From contig DATKGN010000006.1 in NCBI GenBank assembly GCA_035510735.1, forward strand, positions 1,429-65,428: a DNA stretch of 64,000 nucleotides, given 5' to 3'. Shown in pieces: positions 30,182-41,266 of this stretch. Under the pieces are notes generated by a model that was not told the origin of the DNA, searched no databases, and saw nothing but the letters and a program-made list of their open reading frames with translations. Both the position numbers and the translations under genes were made by a program. Every line of letters starts with the position of its first letter. Position 1 is the stretch's first letter. Source of the stretch: Patescibacteria group bacterium. Lineage in GTDB: Bacteria > Patescibacteriota > Microgenomatia > UBA10105 > UBA927.

Positions 30182-31924
30182 CCGGTAAATGACGTTCTCT
30201 TTTACTTCACGTGCATGCGTACCAAATACGGCGTATTGTCCGATCATCCGGGTTCCGCTTGCAACCCGAAGAGCGCCGCCTTTCCAAAATTTTTTCACAG
30301 CTGCAACCCACAAATGAGGATCTTCAGCGACTGTAAACGCGCGATCGAGATTCGTATAATAACTCGTAATCTCCTCATCGCTGTCGGTCGGTCCCTCGAT
30401 TCTGAAGTATGAATCCGGTTTAAGCTGCCAATACCATCCGTCCGGCGTTGAAACATGAGTAATAAACTTGGGCTTCATGCCGGATGTTTGACATGCCTCC
30501 GTCCCCACGATGGGTGTATTGGTCAAATTATGCCCTGCGGGAAGTAGCATAAGCGCGAGTTCTTCGTCCCACTGGGGTAAAAAATGAATTCTTTCCATGA
30601 ACAATTTGTCGCTCGGAATCATGTTTAAAACAAACTCAAGCATCGCCTTTCCCTCATCATCTTTAGGGTGGGCTTTACCGGCAATAAACATGTGCTGCAT
30701 AGGGTGCTTATCAAGAGTGTTCCATAATACGTCTGGTTTACGAAACAACATGTCGCGGCGTTTATACCCAGCCACCCGCCGCGGATCAATGGAAATAAGT
30801 ACACCTCGGGGCAGTGTCACAATGTGGCCAGATTGATCAACTCTGTTTCCAGCGGCAAGATAAGCACCTAACCCTGCAACCGCAAGACCGTGCAGATTAA
30901 TAATCTCATCATCATCTAAACGATCTATGGCTTCGTCAAAACCCTTCTCGACGGGTAAATCGAATTGGTCGATGACGCCGCGCCTGCGAAGAAAATCCAT
31001 TGCAACCTTATCCCACCTATCTCCGTACACCCCATTGGTGATTGCAGTAAATTCAAACGGACGATTATAGTGGGCTTGAAAACTATTTACCGCTGTTTTG
31101 GCGTGAATTTCGCTGACCGCATTGTATCGGCCAGCCAAATGCAGTGCCAAATCCGTGAGTATTAACTCGTTTCCATGATCACGCATAAAGGACGCCAATT
31201 GACTCTTTACCTCGTTGCTTTTTAAATTACTGAATATAAACGTGTCGCACTGATCCCATGTAAATCTTCCTAGTGCCGCCGGCACCAGTGTGTGATTGGA
31301 AAGTATTGTTTTCTCCCTAAGTTTTTGTAGCTCCCGGTCAAACGCTTCCTTCGAATCTCCCGCATCAAGGACAGCATAATCAAGAACGGCAAGCGCCTCT
31401 AAAACAGCAGCCGATTCGTTGAGCCTATGATATGCGGGTTCGCCCATAGTCCCCTTCTCAATAAGTTCGCGGATGACCTGAGCTGCGCCAAATCCCAATA
31501 CCGCCTCGTGCCAAAGACGCGCATTGCTCCACGGTTCTTCAGGGTATACTTCACCAGCGACACGAAACAGAAGGAGTTGCCCCCGGTCGCTGCCGATCGG
31601 ATACTGGTAAACTTCGATGGGATTATCTTTTCCCCACGCCCCACTGACGACCGGATGAAACAGCATCCTGACCATTCCGACATCTGTCGGAGAGGGCATC
31701 GCTTCTTCGACATCCTCCTGATGGAAGCGGCCATTGATATCGATACCTAACTTTTGGATCTTCCGCTTGTCATATGCCAGTCCGAAGCCGACAAACGGCA
31801 CCCCCCATTTGATATATTCAAGAAGAGTATCACCGAGAAGATATCCTAATCCGCCATTTGCCACCATCGCTGCGATGCCCCACTCCATGGAAACATCGAT
31901 AATCCTATGCTGCGGGTTAAGCAC
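30173..31924 (-). CDS. alpha-glucan (glycogen/maltodextrin) phosphorylase, GT35
   Basis: PLP-site-like [12 protein letters not shown] (cf. EASGTSNMK), [17 protein letters not shown] (cf. GGKAAPGY) region. Confidence 0.7.
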   Translation of the reverse strand: MLNPQHRIIDVSMEWGIAAMVANGGLGYLLGDTLLEYIKWGVPFVGFGLAYDKRKIQKLGIDINGRFHQEDVEEAMPSPTDVGMVRMLFHPVVSGAWGKDNPIEVYQYPIGSDRGQLLLFRVAGEVYPEEPWSNARLWHEAVLGFGAAQVIRELIEKGTMGEPAYHRLNESAAVLEALAVLDYAVLDAGDSKEAFDRELQKLREKTILSNHTLVPAALGRFTWDQCDTFIFSNLKSNEVKSQLASFMRDHGNELILTDLALHLAGRYNAVSEIHAKTAVNSFQAHYNRPFEFTAITNGVYGDRWDKVAMDFLRRRGVIDQFDLPVEKGFDEAIDRLDDDEIINLHGLAVAGLGAYLAAGNRVDQSGHIVTLPRGVLISIDPRRVAGYKRRDMLFRKPDVLWNTLDKHPMQHMFIAGKAHPKDDEGKAMLEFVLNMIPSDKLFMERIHFLPQWDEELALMLLPAGHNLTNTPIVGTEACQTSGMKPKFITHVSTPDGWYWQLKPDSYFRIEGPTDSDEEITSYYTNLDRAFTVAEDPHLWVAAVKKFWKGGALRVASGTRMIGQYAVFGTHAREVKENVIYRSG

Positions 31925-31943
31925 CTCGCCGACTTCAGGTATC

Positions 31944-32375
31944 CTATGAAGTTATCGTAGGTACACTATAAATAGGTTCAGGAGGATTGGTATTTATCAC
32001 AATAATCAATCGATGAATTGTAAACAGTCCTGATGGGGTAATCTCCACAATCGCCGATTGGTTAAATTGCATCGACTTATTCACGTCGTTCTGAAACTCT
32101 CTTAGCAGAGCATTTTCAAGTGTACGTACAGTACCTGAAACCGGCACAAATGGTGTAATAGACGCGAAATGTTTCTGAGGAAGACCCACAACGTCAATAT
32201 CATCATCAGGAGTACCTCCCATACGCGGGAACTCCGGTAACTCCGGTGAACCCATATGTATCGCGCCCACAAGCACACGTTCGGAGTTTACGCCGTAGGT
32301 CTGATCGTACAATAACCTATTATTCTCTCCGTATGCACTTATTTCTATCGACATTCTTCCGTCTTCAAGAGTCAT
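31944..32375 (-). CDS. hypothetical protein
   Basis: 143-aa ORF. Confidence 0.35.
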   Translation of the reverse strand: MTLEDGRMSIEISAYGENNRLLYDQTYGVNSERVLVGAIHMGSPELPEFPRMGGTPDDDIDVVGLPQKHFASITPFVPVSGTVRTLENALLREFQNDVNKSMQFNQSAIVEITPSGLFTIHRLIIVINTNPPEPIYSVPTITS

Positions 32376-32418
32376 ATATTTGAAACTATCTTAAATAGTA
32401 ACATTAATTAAATGTATT

Positions 32419-33219
32419 TCATGCCTCTTTACTCATATCTTCAAGAACTTCTTGAAATCTGCTATCCGGTATAATCTGATCTGCGGGCAAATAACTATAT
32501 CCCTTATGGCTGTTGATATACTTCTTCTCCCTTGCAATACGCTCCCCTTTAAACGTACCATCACGACCAGGTTTTTCATTATTGCAATGATGATCAATTC
32601 TAATCGCATTAATATGTCGTTTATTATGCCTGTTCAAAAAAACAACAAGTTGTTCGCTTATATCAACAAATAATCGAACCCACCGGAAATACCCCAAACC
32701 CATTCGTTCTTCAAGATAAGTCTCCCGCGACTGATCATCAGGCGGGCCAAATCGTCCTGCATGAAAATCCCTCATTATTAAATATGTATCATCCGGATTG
32801 TGTGAATCTCTCATAGCTTCAATGCTCGATACCGCGAGTATTGGCGGCGTTTTTATAGGTGATCGGGGAATATTTCCGGTCAGCCAATCACGAACACTCT
32901 TTTTAGGTTGCATGAGTTTCTCCGTTTTCGGATGCAAAGGATAATCCTGGTAGATGAACAAAAAAGAATTAGCCTCAAGTCGCATACCCACGGGAAAATC
33001 TGTAAATTCAGGAAATGTATAGACTGAAGCTATCCCTAAAAAGTGGTACCGGGATTTATCAGCTGCTGACTCATCTCTATAGATTTCAGGGTGATCTACG
33101 TATTTCGAAAGAGACCCTAGCGCTATAGGACGGGTAATTTGCCACGTCTTTCTCATTGTTTCTTGTAATTCCGTATCTAATTGAAAATACGTAGGAAGGT
33201 GAGAGGATTCGTTAATCAT
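32419..33219 (-). CDS. hypothetical protein
   Basis: 266-aa ORF; His-rich C-terminal segment, no confident family. Confidence 0.35.
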   Translation of the reverse strand: MINESSHLPTYFQLDTELQETMRKTWQITRPIALGSLSKYVDHPEIYRDESAADKSRYHFLGIASVYTFPEFTDFPVGMRLEANSFLFIYQDYPLHPKTEKLMQPKKSVRDWLTGNIPRSPIKTPPILAVSSIEAMRDSHNPDDTYLIMRDFHAGRFGPPDDQSRETYLEERMGLGYFRWVRLFVDISEQLVVFLNRHNKRHINAIRIDHHCNNEKPGRDGTFKGERIAREKKYINSHKGYSYLPADQIIPDSRFQEVLEDMSKEA

Positions 33220-33294
33220 AATACTATTATAGGTCTATACCAATAAATAATCAACTACACGATTGATAGTCAGGCATGTGAAGAATTCTCAAGT

Positions 33295-33675
33295 CTATCC
33301 CGTGACGGAGCAAATATGATTGAAGAAAACGACGGTTGATTGATCAATATCAAATTCGATGCCAATGACGTCAATCCGCTCCGCTTCGGGAAGATTAGGA
33401 TGCTTCACAACATAATACTGTGCCGTCTGAATCACTTCACGAAGCTTCCTCGGAGTAACGGACTCCTCCGGTGCGCCAAATGCATGTCCGATTCTCGTTT
33501 TAACTTCAACAAATATGAGTGTATTATCTTTAACACAAATAATATCTATTTCGCCGTAGCGCGCTTTGAAGTTGCGGTCAATGATGCGATACCCGTGTTT
33601 TTGAAGATACGTAACGGCTAAATCTTCGCCAAGTTTACCGAGTTGCTGCTTGTGGGGCGGCAGGTGAAATTTCAT
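33295..33675 (-). CDS. YraN-family (UPF0102) endonuclease
   Basis: [21 protein letters not shown]...[21 protein letters not shown]; 5' end as called overlaps rplS, so the true start is probably an internal TTG/GTG. Confidence 0.7.
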   Translation of the reverse strand: MKFHLPPHKQQLGKLGEDLAVTYLQKHGYRIIDRNFKARYGEIDIICVKDNTLIFVEVKTRIGHAFGAPEESVTPRKLREVIQTAQYYVVKHPNLPEAERIDVIGIEFDIDQSTVVFFNHICSVTG

Positions 33676-34054
33676 CTATTTTAGTAGCTGCTTTCCCAGT
33701 CCTGCGGCGCAAATAATAGAGTTTCGCACGCCGGACATCGCCACGCTTTTTGATCTCAATTTTCTTAATCCAAGGGGAAACAAGCGGGAAAATACGTTCT
33801 ATTCCGACGCTTGCGGTACCGATCCGGCGGACCGTAAACATAATATTCACCCCGTCTCCTTTTATGCCGATAACGATCCCTTCAAATACCTGTGTACGTT
33901 CGTGTGTCTCTTCGTGAACTTCCCGTTTGGTTTTTCCTGAGACTTGTTCTTTCTCAATAAGTTTATAATGTACGCGAACCGTGTCGCCGACATGGATGTC
34001 AACTTTTTTCTCTTTCTCTCCCTCACCACTTACCCAGGTAGCGTAATTTGCCAT
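33635..34054 (-). CDS. rplS: 50S ribosomal protein L19
   Basis: [13 protein letters not shown]...[17 protein letters not shown]. Confidence 0.85.
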   Translation of the reverse strand: MANYATWVSGEGEKEKKVDIHVGDTVRVHYKLIEKEQVSGKTKREVHEETHERTQVFEGIVIGIKGDGVNIMFTVRRIGTASVGIERIFPLVSPWIKKIEIKKRGDVRRAKLYYLRRRTGKAATKIDEISPAAPQAATR

Positions 34055-34062
34055 AGTTTTCT

Positions 34063-34090
34063 TGTCATCCCCGACCTCGATCGGGGATCC
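34063..34090. repeat. short member of the TGTCAT-hairpin repeat family (TGTCAT + CCCCGA/TCGGGG stem), 8 nt upstream of the rplS ATG
   Basis: tgtcatccccgacctcgatcggggatcc. Confidence 0.5.
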
Positions 34091-34183
34091 TTCTTTCTAT
34101 AAATAGATTCCCACCGGAGTTTATCACGCACCTGATGCGGGGCGGAATGACACAAAATGTATTATACAATAAGTGACTTGAAG

Positions 34184-35827
34184 CTACAAGGCTAGGATGT
34201 ATTGGAGGAAAATCGGGTGGGGGTCAAGAGGTCTTGACCGGTATTCCGGGTGATATTGCGTTCCGATGAAGAACGGGTGAGTCGTTTTAGGCAATTCTAC
34301 AATCTCAACAAGATTTTCAACGACGGAGCGGCCCGCTAATATCATTCCGCCTTTTTCAAAATCTGTCGCATATTTGTCGTTAAATTCATACCGATGCCGA
34401 TGGCGTTCCCAAACAGTCCGTTTAACACTGTCGTCATATGCCTTATATTTCGTATAACTCCGATCGGCAATCGTGCCCTCTTTTACCTGGCATTCCCAAC
34501 GTCCTAGCCGCATCGTACCTCCATATGCACGACGCTTCAATATCTCCTCCTGACCATGAATCATATGGATAACCGGATGGGGAGTATTGCTATCACACTC
34601 AAGGGTATTGGCCTTCTCGTATCCCAGGACGTTTCGTGCATACTCAACGACAGCCAGCTGCATGCCATAACAAAGCCCCAAATACGGAATTTTATTGACC
34701 CGGGCAAAGTGAACCGCTTTAATTTTGCCTTCAACACCGCGCGGCCCCCAGCCAATAGGGACGATAATCCCATCCGCGTCTTTGAGCTCATCGTGATCGC
34801 CCTTCTCCAGCCGTTCGGCCTGAATCCATCGGACATCAACGTCAATGCCCTCCGCCCAGCTCGCATGATCAATCGCATCCATAAGTGCTGCGTAACTATC
34901 CCGCAGCTGATACTCACCGGTAGCAAAATATTTGCCGACAATCGCAACCGTTTTTTTCTTTGACTTTTTAGCAATGACTTTCTCAATCATGGTGTTCCAC
35001 TTACTGATATCAAGCTTTCGTAGCGGTAACCCTAGCATATCCAATATCATTTCATCCATTTTCTGTTTCGCGAGATGTGGCGCTGTTGAATAGGGTGTTT
35101 TCATATCCACACTGTCAATGACGTGGTCGCCGTCCACACCACAAAAGAGTGCGAACCGTTCGCGGCGGCGTTCATCCATGGGTTTTTCAGCGCGAGCCAC
35201 GATGAAATCTGGTTGTATACCCATGCCATTGAGCATCTTCACAGATAACTGCGTTGGCTTCGTCTTGGGTTCGCCCAAGTGGCTGGGAGTAGGAAGGTAG
35301 CTTACATGGACGTGAACAACGGAATTTTTCCGGTTACGCGTGAGAATCCGCGATGCTTCATAGTAAAGGACATTCTGATATTCCCCTGTCGTACCTCCGA
35401 GTTCAACGATAATGATATCCGATTGTTCTTTTTCTCCGGCTTCTCGAATCCGGGTCAATATTTCATCAGTGACGTGGGGGATTGCCTCGACATCTTCGCC
35501 GTTGTATCCGAAATTCCGCTCACGATGGATAACAGCCTGATAGACCTGACCCATCGTAATAAAATTATGGCGGTACATGTTTTTACTCAAAAACTTCTCA
35601 TAGGTGCCCATATCCATATCTGCTTCTGTCCCGTCATCCATGAGGAACGGGTCACCGTGTTCGATCGGATTGATAAGACCTGCGTCAATATTGAGATAAT
35701 TTTCACATTTTACGGGGGTGACTGAGTATCCTCGACTTTGAAGAAGAAGGGCGATTGATGCTGTTGTGACGCCTTTTCCTAAACCGGAAATCACGCCACC
35801 AGAAACGAAAATATATTTGGTGGGCAT
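34184..35827 (-). CDS. pyrG: CTP synthase
   Basis: MPTKYIFVSGGVISGLGKG N-terminus, glutamine amidotransferase C-domain (GLCYGMQ). Confidence 0.9.
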   Translation of the reverse strand: MPTKYIFVSGGVISGLGKGVTTASIALLLQSRGYSVTPVKCENYLNIDAGLINPIEHGDPFLMDDGTEADMDMGTYEKFLSKNMYRHNFITMGQVYQAVIHRERNFGYNGEDVEAIPHVTDEILTRIREAGEKEQSDIIIVELGGTTGEYQNVLYYEASRILTRNRKNSVVHVHVSYLPTPSHLGEPKTKPTQLSVKMLNGMGIQPDFIVARAEKPMDERRRERFALFCGVDGDHVIDSVDMKTPYSTAPHLAKQKMDEMILDMLGLPLRKLDISKWNTMIEKVIAKKSKKKTVAIVGKYFATGEYQLRDSYAALMDAIDHASWAEGIDVDVRWIQAERLEKGDHDELKDADGIIVPIGWGPRGVEGKIKAVHFARVNKIPYLGLCYGMQLAVVEYARNVLGYEKANTLECDSNTPHPVIHMIHGQEEILKRRAYGGTMRLGRWECQVKEGTIADRSYTKYKAYDDSVKRTVWERHRHRYEFNDKYATDFEKGGMILAGRSVVENLVEIVELPKTTHPFFIGTQYHPEYRSRPLDPHPIFLQYILAL

Positions 35828-35832
35828 AGTCT

Positions 35833-35862
35833 AAGATACCAAAAGTGAGGCTACCGTGTCAA
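35833..35862 (-). promoter_or_regulatory. candidate sigma70-like promoter for pyrG (TTGACA-N18-TATCTT), -10 ending 5 nt before the ATG (leaderless-type)
   Basis: Hexamers read on the minus strand; spacing only. Confidence 0.3.
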
Positions 35863-35884
35863 AGGGTAAAAGTCAATAGGCTTT

Positions 35885-36038
35885 TGTCATTCCCGCTCGT
35901 ATTCTTTGTCATTCTCGTGCCCGCCCGCCGGCGAGGCAGGAAAGCGAGGATCGGTATTCTCGTTAAGGCCTTCAACATTGGATCCCCGATCCCAACTGCG
36001 CCAAGGCTACGCCGGGCGAGGCAGGTCGGGGATGACAT
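35885..36038. repeat. GC-rich palindromic intergenic element, TGTCAT...ATGACA termini (family copy, ~154 nt) between upp stop and pyrG
   Basis: tgtcattcccgc...tgtcattctcgtgcccgcccgccggcgaggcagg ... gccgggcgaggcaggtcggggatgacat; arms are reverse complements. Confidence 0.6.
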
Positions 36039-36670
36039 TATAATTGTTCAGTTCCGAAGTACCGATCCCCGAAATCCCCAAGCCCCGGCACGATATACGC
36101 CAAGTCATTGAGTTTCTCATCGATAGCTGCAGTAATAACCGGTACATCCGGGTGGTGATCACAGAACCTCTTAATACCCTCCGGAGCAGATACAATAGAA
36201 ACGCTGATAATTCGCTTCGCTCCTTTTTGTTTCACCGCGGTCACGGTATCATCCATTGATCCGCCGGTTGCAAGCATCGGGTCAATGACAAAAACGATGT
36301 GCGTTGAAAAAATCTTCGGAATTTTTTTGTAATATTCACGGGCAATTGCCGTTTTTTCATCCCGCTCCAGACCGATAAATCCGACGGACATGGAGGGTAA
36401 AAGTTCGCGCATAGCAGTGAGCATCGCAAGCCCCGCCCGGAGAACCGGCACAACGACTACTTCGTCACTCAATTTTTTCCCGATAAACGGTGAAAGCGGT
36501 GTCTCGATCTGTTTATCCGTCGTCTTTACGTTTTTCAGCGCTTCAACGAGAAGCACTTTGGAAACAACGTCAGCGTGACGCCGAAACTCTTCCGTCCGCG
36601 TTGTTTTGTCACGTAGAATCGTAAGGGAATGATCTATGAGCGGGTGAGACACGACGGTTACGTTTTTCAT
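36038..36670 (-). CDS. upp: uracil phosphoribosyltransferase
   Basis: Full-length similarity to Upp incl. VIDPMLATGGS and C-terminal YIVPGLGDFGDRYFGT. Confidence 0.85.
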   Translation of the reverse strand: MKNVTVVSHPLIDHSLTILRDKTTRTEEFRRHADVVSKVLLVEALKNVKTTDKQIETPLSPFIGKKLSDEVVVVPVLRAGLAMLTAMRELLPSMSVGFIGLERDEKTAIAREYYKKIPKIFSTHIVFVIDPMLATGGSMDDTVTAVKQKGAKRIISVSIVSAPEGIKRFCDHHPDVPVITAAIDEKLNDLAYIVPGLGDFGDRYFGTEQL

Positions 36671-36673
36671 ACG

Positions 36674-37339
36674 TTACTCAAACCCCATCTCATGACCCCA
36701 TGTTTTGGGGTTTGAGAGGAAGCTATAAACGCTTTTACTTTGTTCCACTGTAATATAATTCTCGGCAGCAGCAGTTTCAATAACGGTTTGAATATTGGTG
36801 AGTGTTAAGAGTTCGATATTTAAATTTGTCACGGTTTCAACAAAACCCGCAATTGTCGACGTCGTTATCGCGAGACACTGGGATACCTTACCGCCTGCCT
36901 CCCGTATTGCATTAACATTAAGCGCAATACTTTTCCCTGTAGAAACAAGATCTTCAATAACGAGCACATTACTCCCTGATGCAAACTCGCCTTCAATCAA
37001 ATTTTCTTTCCCATGCTCTTTTTTGGAAGATCGCACATACACCATCGGTAATTTAAGTTCATACGCTAACACTGACGCATGTGGAATTGCCGCCGTTGCC
37101 GTACCTGAAAGCACATCGGGTTGTTGCTTTACATATTGTTTAATCACCTTGACATAGTTATTAATAACAACGTTCCACTCCGGATAATGGGAAATAAGCA
37201 ATCGATTATCTGTATATATAGGAGCAAGTAAGCCGCTAACATACCGGAAGGGTTTTTGGGTATTAATGGTTACCGCTTTTATCTCAAGTAGGCCTTTGGC
37301 AACTTCCTGCGCTATCTTTTTGTCAACAATTGTATCCAT
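36674..37339 (-). CDS. pyrE: orotate phosphoribosyltransferase
   Basis: PRPP motif NVLVIEDLVSTGKS; pyr operon context. Confidence 0.75.
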   Translation of the reverse strand: MDTIVDKKIAQEVAKGLLEIKAVTINTQKPFRYVSGLLAPIYTDNRLLISHYPEWNVVINNYVKVIKQYVKQQPDVLSGTATAAIPHASVLAYELKLPMVYVRSSKKEHGKENLIEGEFASGSNVLVIEDLVSTGKSIALNVNAIREAGGKVSQCLAITTSTIAGFVETVTNLNIELLTLTNIQTVIETAAAENYITVEQSKSVYSFLSNPKTWGHEMGFE

Positions 37340-37354
37340 ACGTAAAAGTATATA

Positions 37355-38173
37355 TTATCTGTACTGATTTATCTGATCACGTAGTTTTAGAGCCTCTTCG
37401 CGGGCTTTTTGTGCAAAATCCGCACCCGTTGAGGCGAAAAGGATTCCTCGCGATGAATTGATAATAGCGTTTCGTCCATGTCTGTCAACACCGGCCTTCA
37501 CTGTTTTCTTCGCGTCTCCGCCTTGAGTGCCAACACCAGGGATAAGGATCGGCATGTCGCCGGCTATACGTCGCACAATACTAAGTTCGGTAGGGTAGGT
37601 GGCCCCCACCACCAAACCGCAGTTCCCATTAGCATTCCAGTTCTTAGAAAAATTTTCGGCGACAATCTGATAAAGTGGTTTTCCTTTAACCATCAGGTCT
37701 TGAAATTCCCCGGCGCCGGGGTTTGACGTTCTGCATAGTATCAAAATCCCCTTTTCTTTTTGATCGAGAAAGGGTTTGAGCGCTTCGCCCCCCAGGTACG
37801 GCTGAAGCGTAACTGCATCACCTCCGAGATAATCAAACACAAACTTCGCATATCCGACATTTGTATTACCGATGTCAGCGCGTTTGGCATCAATAATGAT
37901 AACGACGTCGGGATAATGGGCCTTGAGATAATCACACGTCATCTTCATCGCTTCAACGCCGGCTACCCCCCGCGCTTCATAAAATGCCGTATTGAGCTTA
38001 TAGGCGCAAACCAAATCCTGTGTGGCATAAATAATTGCTTTATTAAATGTCGTTTGCGGGTGCGGCCCGTTTCTGATACGCTCGGGAATTTTATCGATAT
38101 CGCTATCCAACCCGATACACAGAAGCGAATTATTTTTTGCAACGATCGCATCTAATTTTTGTCGAAATGTCAT
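37355..38173 (-). CDS. pyrF: orotidine-5'-phosphate decarboxylase (type 2)
   Basis: LCIGLDSD...IIIDAKRADIGNT motifs. Confidence 0.8.
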   Translation of the reverse strand: MTFRQKLDAIVAKNNSLLCIGLDSDIDKIPERIRNGPHPQTTFNKAIIYATQDLVCAYKLNTAFYEARGVAGVEAMKMTCDYLKAHYPDVVIIIDAKRADIGNTNVGYAKFVFDYLGGDAVTLQPYLGGEALKPFLDQKEKGILILCRTSNPGAGEFQDLMVKGKPLYQIVAENFSKNWNANGNCGLVVGATYPTELSIVRRIAGDMPILIPGVGTQGGDAKKTVKAGVDRHGRNAIINSSRGILFASTGADFAQKAREEALKLRDQINQYR

Positions 38174-38751
38174 GGTTTCCTCCCTTTTACTTCAGTCAAC
38201 ATACGCTCAACGAGTACTCCCGGAGAATTTTCAAAAAACACCACTGCCTTATTTGGTTTTTGAATCTTAGTGTGAAGTTCGCGCAGTCCGTCAGCGACTC
38301 CGCCGGTTCCGGTTAAAACACCTATTACTTTCTCCATATCATAGAGGTTGGTAAACTCATTCATGGTCCCCCACCTACCTGATACGATTATACCGCCATC
38401 ACAATGTGCCGTTGACATGATGTTACGGTATTTTTTCCTCGCCATTTCGTCACGTGCGAGTTCAAAACTTTCCGGCATGTAAATAAGTTTGGCATACATC
38501 GATACATCAATATTTGGATAGACTTTCTGATGGTCTTCTTTGGATAGCTCAGGAGAAAACCCCCATATTTCAATTGGACTGACCGAACGGGCCGTATTTG
38601 CAACCTCGTATGGGACTCCGGCGCAGGCCCCGTTGATTAAGATGATTGAATCCCCTATTTTTCCAAGTTCCATCCCCAGGCTCTTTGCGATCTGTGTCGC
38701 CCTAGGAGATTCATTAACCGCGGAACCGAAAATACCGATTTTGATTTTCAT
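38170..38751 (-). CDS. LOG-family / TIGR00725-type Rossmann protein (nucleotide phosphoribohydrolase-like)
   Basis: IGIFGSA...PYEVANTA...GGIIVSGRWGTMNEF resembles LOG/YvdD family; ATGA overlap with pyrF. Confidence 0.5.
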   Translation of the reverse strand: MKIKIGIFGSAVNESPRATQIAKSLGMELGKIGDSIILINGACAGVPYEVANTARSVSPIEIWGFSPELSKEDHQKVYPNIDVSMYAKLIYMPESFELARDEMARKKYRNIMSTAHCDGGIIVSGRWGTMNEFTNLYDMEKVIGVLTGTGGVADGLRELHTKIQKPNKAVVFFENSPGVLVERMLTEVKGRKP

Positions 38752-38756
38752 ATCTG

Positions 38757-39176
38757 TTACTTGGCGGAAAACAATAAAATGATTCCAAAACTGGATAGTA
38801 ATAGGCCTAAGATTGCCTGTAACGATAGTTTTTCCCGAAGCAACAAGACCCCTAATATTGCTACAAGTGCGACACCACCTACTCGTAATATGGGCATCAC
38901 CGTAGATACCCCGGGGCCGATTTCCAGGGTTTTAAATGAAAAAAGCGTAAACAGTGACACGAACACGCCACCGAGTAACGCGAACATCAAACCCTGTTGA
39001 TTTGTTTCGACCTTGCGGCTGAACAAAAGATAAACAACGACCGTGGTTACAAACGACCCGATTTGAAATATAAGATTGGTAAAATACGGATCCTTGAGCT
39101 GCGATCCGAGTTTACGTAAGATATCGGATATCCCGATAAAACCTACCGCCACAAGTGCGTTTGCAATCCAGTTCAT
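38757..39176 (-). CDS. small EamA-like (4-TM) membrane protein
   Basis: 139 aa, four hydrophobic helices. Confidence 0.45.
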   Translation of the reverse strand: MNWIANALVAVGFIGISDILRKLGSQLKDPYFTNLIFQIGSFVTTVVVYLLFSRKVETNQQGLMFALLGGVFVSLFTLFSFKTLEIGPGVSTVMPILRVGGVALVAILGVLLLREKLSLQAILGLLLSSFGIILLFSAK

Positions 39177-39179
39177 AAA

Positions 39180-40106
39180 TTATGTATGGGCTGCGCCAAC
39201 TATCCCTTTGAGACTTTTAAGCCCTTCTTTCTCCATATACTGCCGGAGGCCTGATTTAATCTCTTCAAAAACGCCGACCCCTTTAAAGTATGTTGCGGTT
39301 CCCACACCCACAAGTGTGGCTCCTGCCATGATGGCTTCAAGAGCATCCTGCGTTGTTGTGATTCCGCCCATACCGATTATCGGAATCTTCACCGCCTCAT
39401 AGATATCATAGATGCATCTAATTGTCATCGTTTTAATACCCGGTCCCGACACTCCGCCTCGTTTGGCACCTAAGACCGGCTTCTTCCTGACAATATCGAT
39501 AACCATCCCGGGCCCGAATGTGTTCACGGCAACAATGCCGTCAGCGCCCGCGGCCTCGCATGCTTTGGCAACCTCGGCGATACTTGGTACATTTGGCGTT
39601 AATTTTGCTAAGACCGGCACCTTGCCCATTATTTTTTTCACTGCGCGGACAGCAGCTGCTGATGAATCAGCTCCGATCCCCAGAGGCTTACCCATATCAT
39701 CTTCGACATTCGGACAGCTTAGGTTAAGTTCAAAAAGAGCGTTTCCGATAACCGGCAAAAAACCTTCGGCAAACCGTTCAAAATCGCGGACGGTTGTTGC
39801 AAATACGCTTACGATAACCGGAACAGGTGAAGTTTTTATAAATTCGGCAACGAGTGGTATGCCTTTTTCAAGCCCCGGCCCCCTCAAACCCACTGAGTTA
39901 AGAAATGCATTTTCAGTTTTGAGAACCCGTGGGAGCGGATTGCCTTCTCTCGGCTCCGGAGTCAGTGATTTCGTCGTCACCGCGCCCACACCGGACTTTG
40001 CAAACCGGTCATGATCGCGCGGAATTTCCTGCGCGATACCGGAGGGCAATACCAACGGGTTTGGAAATATGACGCCGCAATAATCTATCGATAAAATATC
40101 ACCCAT
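39180..40106 (-). CDS. pyrD: dihydroorotate dehydrogenase catalytic subunit (class 1)
   Basis: GVIFPNPLVLPSG...NSVGLRGPGL, FMN-binding TIM barrel pattern. Confidence 0.8.
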   Translation of the reverse strand: MGDILSIDYCGVIFPNPLVLPSGIAQEIPRDHDRFAKSGVGAVTTKSLTPEPREGNPLPRVLKTENAFLNSVGLRGPGLEKGIPLVAEFIKTSPVPVIVSVFATTVRDFERFAEGFLPVIGNALFELNLSCPNVEDDMGKPLGIGADSSAAAVRAVKKIMGKVPVLAKLTPNVPSIAEVAKACEAAGADGIVAVNTFGPGMVIDIVRKKPVLGAKRGGVSGPGIKTMTIRCIYDIYEAVKIPIIGMGGITTTQDALEAIMAGATLVGVGTATYFKGVGVFEEIKSGLRQYMEKEGLKSLKGIVGAAHT

Positions 40107-40121
40107 ATATATACCAACATC

Positions 40122-41162
40122 CTATACTATCTTTCCGCCATCAACAAGTAGCTTCCCGCGTAAAACGACCCGTTCAATACAGCCACTCAACTCCCACCCG
40201 TCAAACGGAGACCATCCGCATTTCGTTTCATAGCCTGTACTTCCAACTACATAGGGTTTTACGGGATCAAGCTCAATAAATGTGTTAGGTTGGTCAGGTA
40301 TCGTAAATATTTTCTTGGGTTTCGTGTATAAAAGGTCAATCATTTTGTCCGTTGTCAGTTTTTTTTCGACAATTGCATGCACAAGTAATGGAATTGTCGT
40401 TTCTAAACCTGGCACTCCAAAGCAAGGAGTGCTATGCACCTTCTCTTCTTTCGTATGTGGAGCGTGATCACTCTCTATAATGTCGATGATTCCCGTTTGT
40501 ATTGACTCCCACAACATCTCCTGGTCCTGTTTGCTTCCGATTGGCGGTTTAAAGAGAGCGAATGCGCCGAGTTTCGCAACATCGCCCTCTGTTAAAAACA
40601 AATGATGGGGCGTGACACCGCAGGTGATAATAAGATTATGTTCTTTCGCCGTTTTGACCCGACCAACGTCATCCTGCGTTACGACATGACATATGTGGAT
40701 GCGACGATGGTAATGAGCAGCTAAATCGACACACTCACCTAATATATCGCCCTGTGCATGGACAAGTATTGGCTTATCCGACTCCCACGCCGCGAAAATT
40801 GCATCAAGGGCAACTGGATCGGTGATCATAAGATCACCCGTCGTCTTCCCGCAGTATACCTTGAGACCAAATACATGTGGATCGCGTATTACCGCCCCAA
40901 ATGAAGCGAGATTGTGTCCGTCCGTCCCGAAGTGGAAACCGGTATCACACAGCGCTTTTGAATCCGCAAGGGAAACTTTTTCATTGAGGCGTTCGGAGCT
41001 TATTGTGGGGCAGCCCGGATTATTGGGCATATCACAAACAAATGTGAATCCGCCCTTAATTGCCGCCCTACTGCCGCTGGCAAAGTCTTCTTTATTCGTC
41101 GCGCCGGGCTCACGGAGGTGCACATGCATATCGATAAATCCCGGAAACCGTTGGAGTGCCAT
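40122..41162 (-). CDS. pyrC: dihydroorotase
   Basis: FIDMHVHLREPG metal-binding motif; pyr context. Confidence 0.8.
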   Translation of the reverse strand: MALQRFPGFIDMHVHLREPGATNKEDFASGSRAAIKGGFTFVCDMPNNPGCPTISSERLNEKVSLADSKALCDTGFHFGTDGHNLASFGAVIRDPHVFGLKVYCGKTTGDLMITDPVALDAIFAAWESDKPILVHAQGDILGECVDLAAHYHRRIHICHVVTQDDVGRVKTAKEHNLIITCGVTPHHLFLTEGDVAKLGAFALFKPPIGSKQDQEMLWESIQTGIIDIIESDHAPHTKEEKVHSTPCFGVPGLETTIPLLVHAIVEKKLTTDKMIDLLYTKPKKIFTIPDQPNTFIELDPVKPYVVGSTGYETKCGWSPFDGWELSGCIERVVLRGKLLVDGGKIV

Positions 41163-41173
41163 AGTTTATTTTT

Positions 41174-41259
41174 TGTCATTGCGAGTCGAGTCATCGAGAC
41201 GTGGCAATCTCTTTATATTTTAGAGATTGCTTCGCCGTCTGAACGGACTCCCAATGACA
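41174..41259. repeat. palindromic intergenic element TGTCATTGCGAG...CAATGACA (family copy) between pyrB stop and pyrC start
   Basis: tgtcattgcgagtcgagtcatcgagacgtggcaatctct ttatatttt agagattgcttcgccgtctgaacggactcccaatgaca; nested palindrome gcaatctct/agagattgc. Confidence 0.65.
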
Positions 41260-41266
41260 GACCATG

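Noticed and set aside
35845-36111. 88-aa plus-strand ORF (Arg-rich)
   Set aside because: Translation of the GC-rich palindromic repeat element between upp and pyrG
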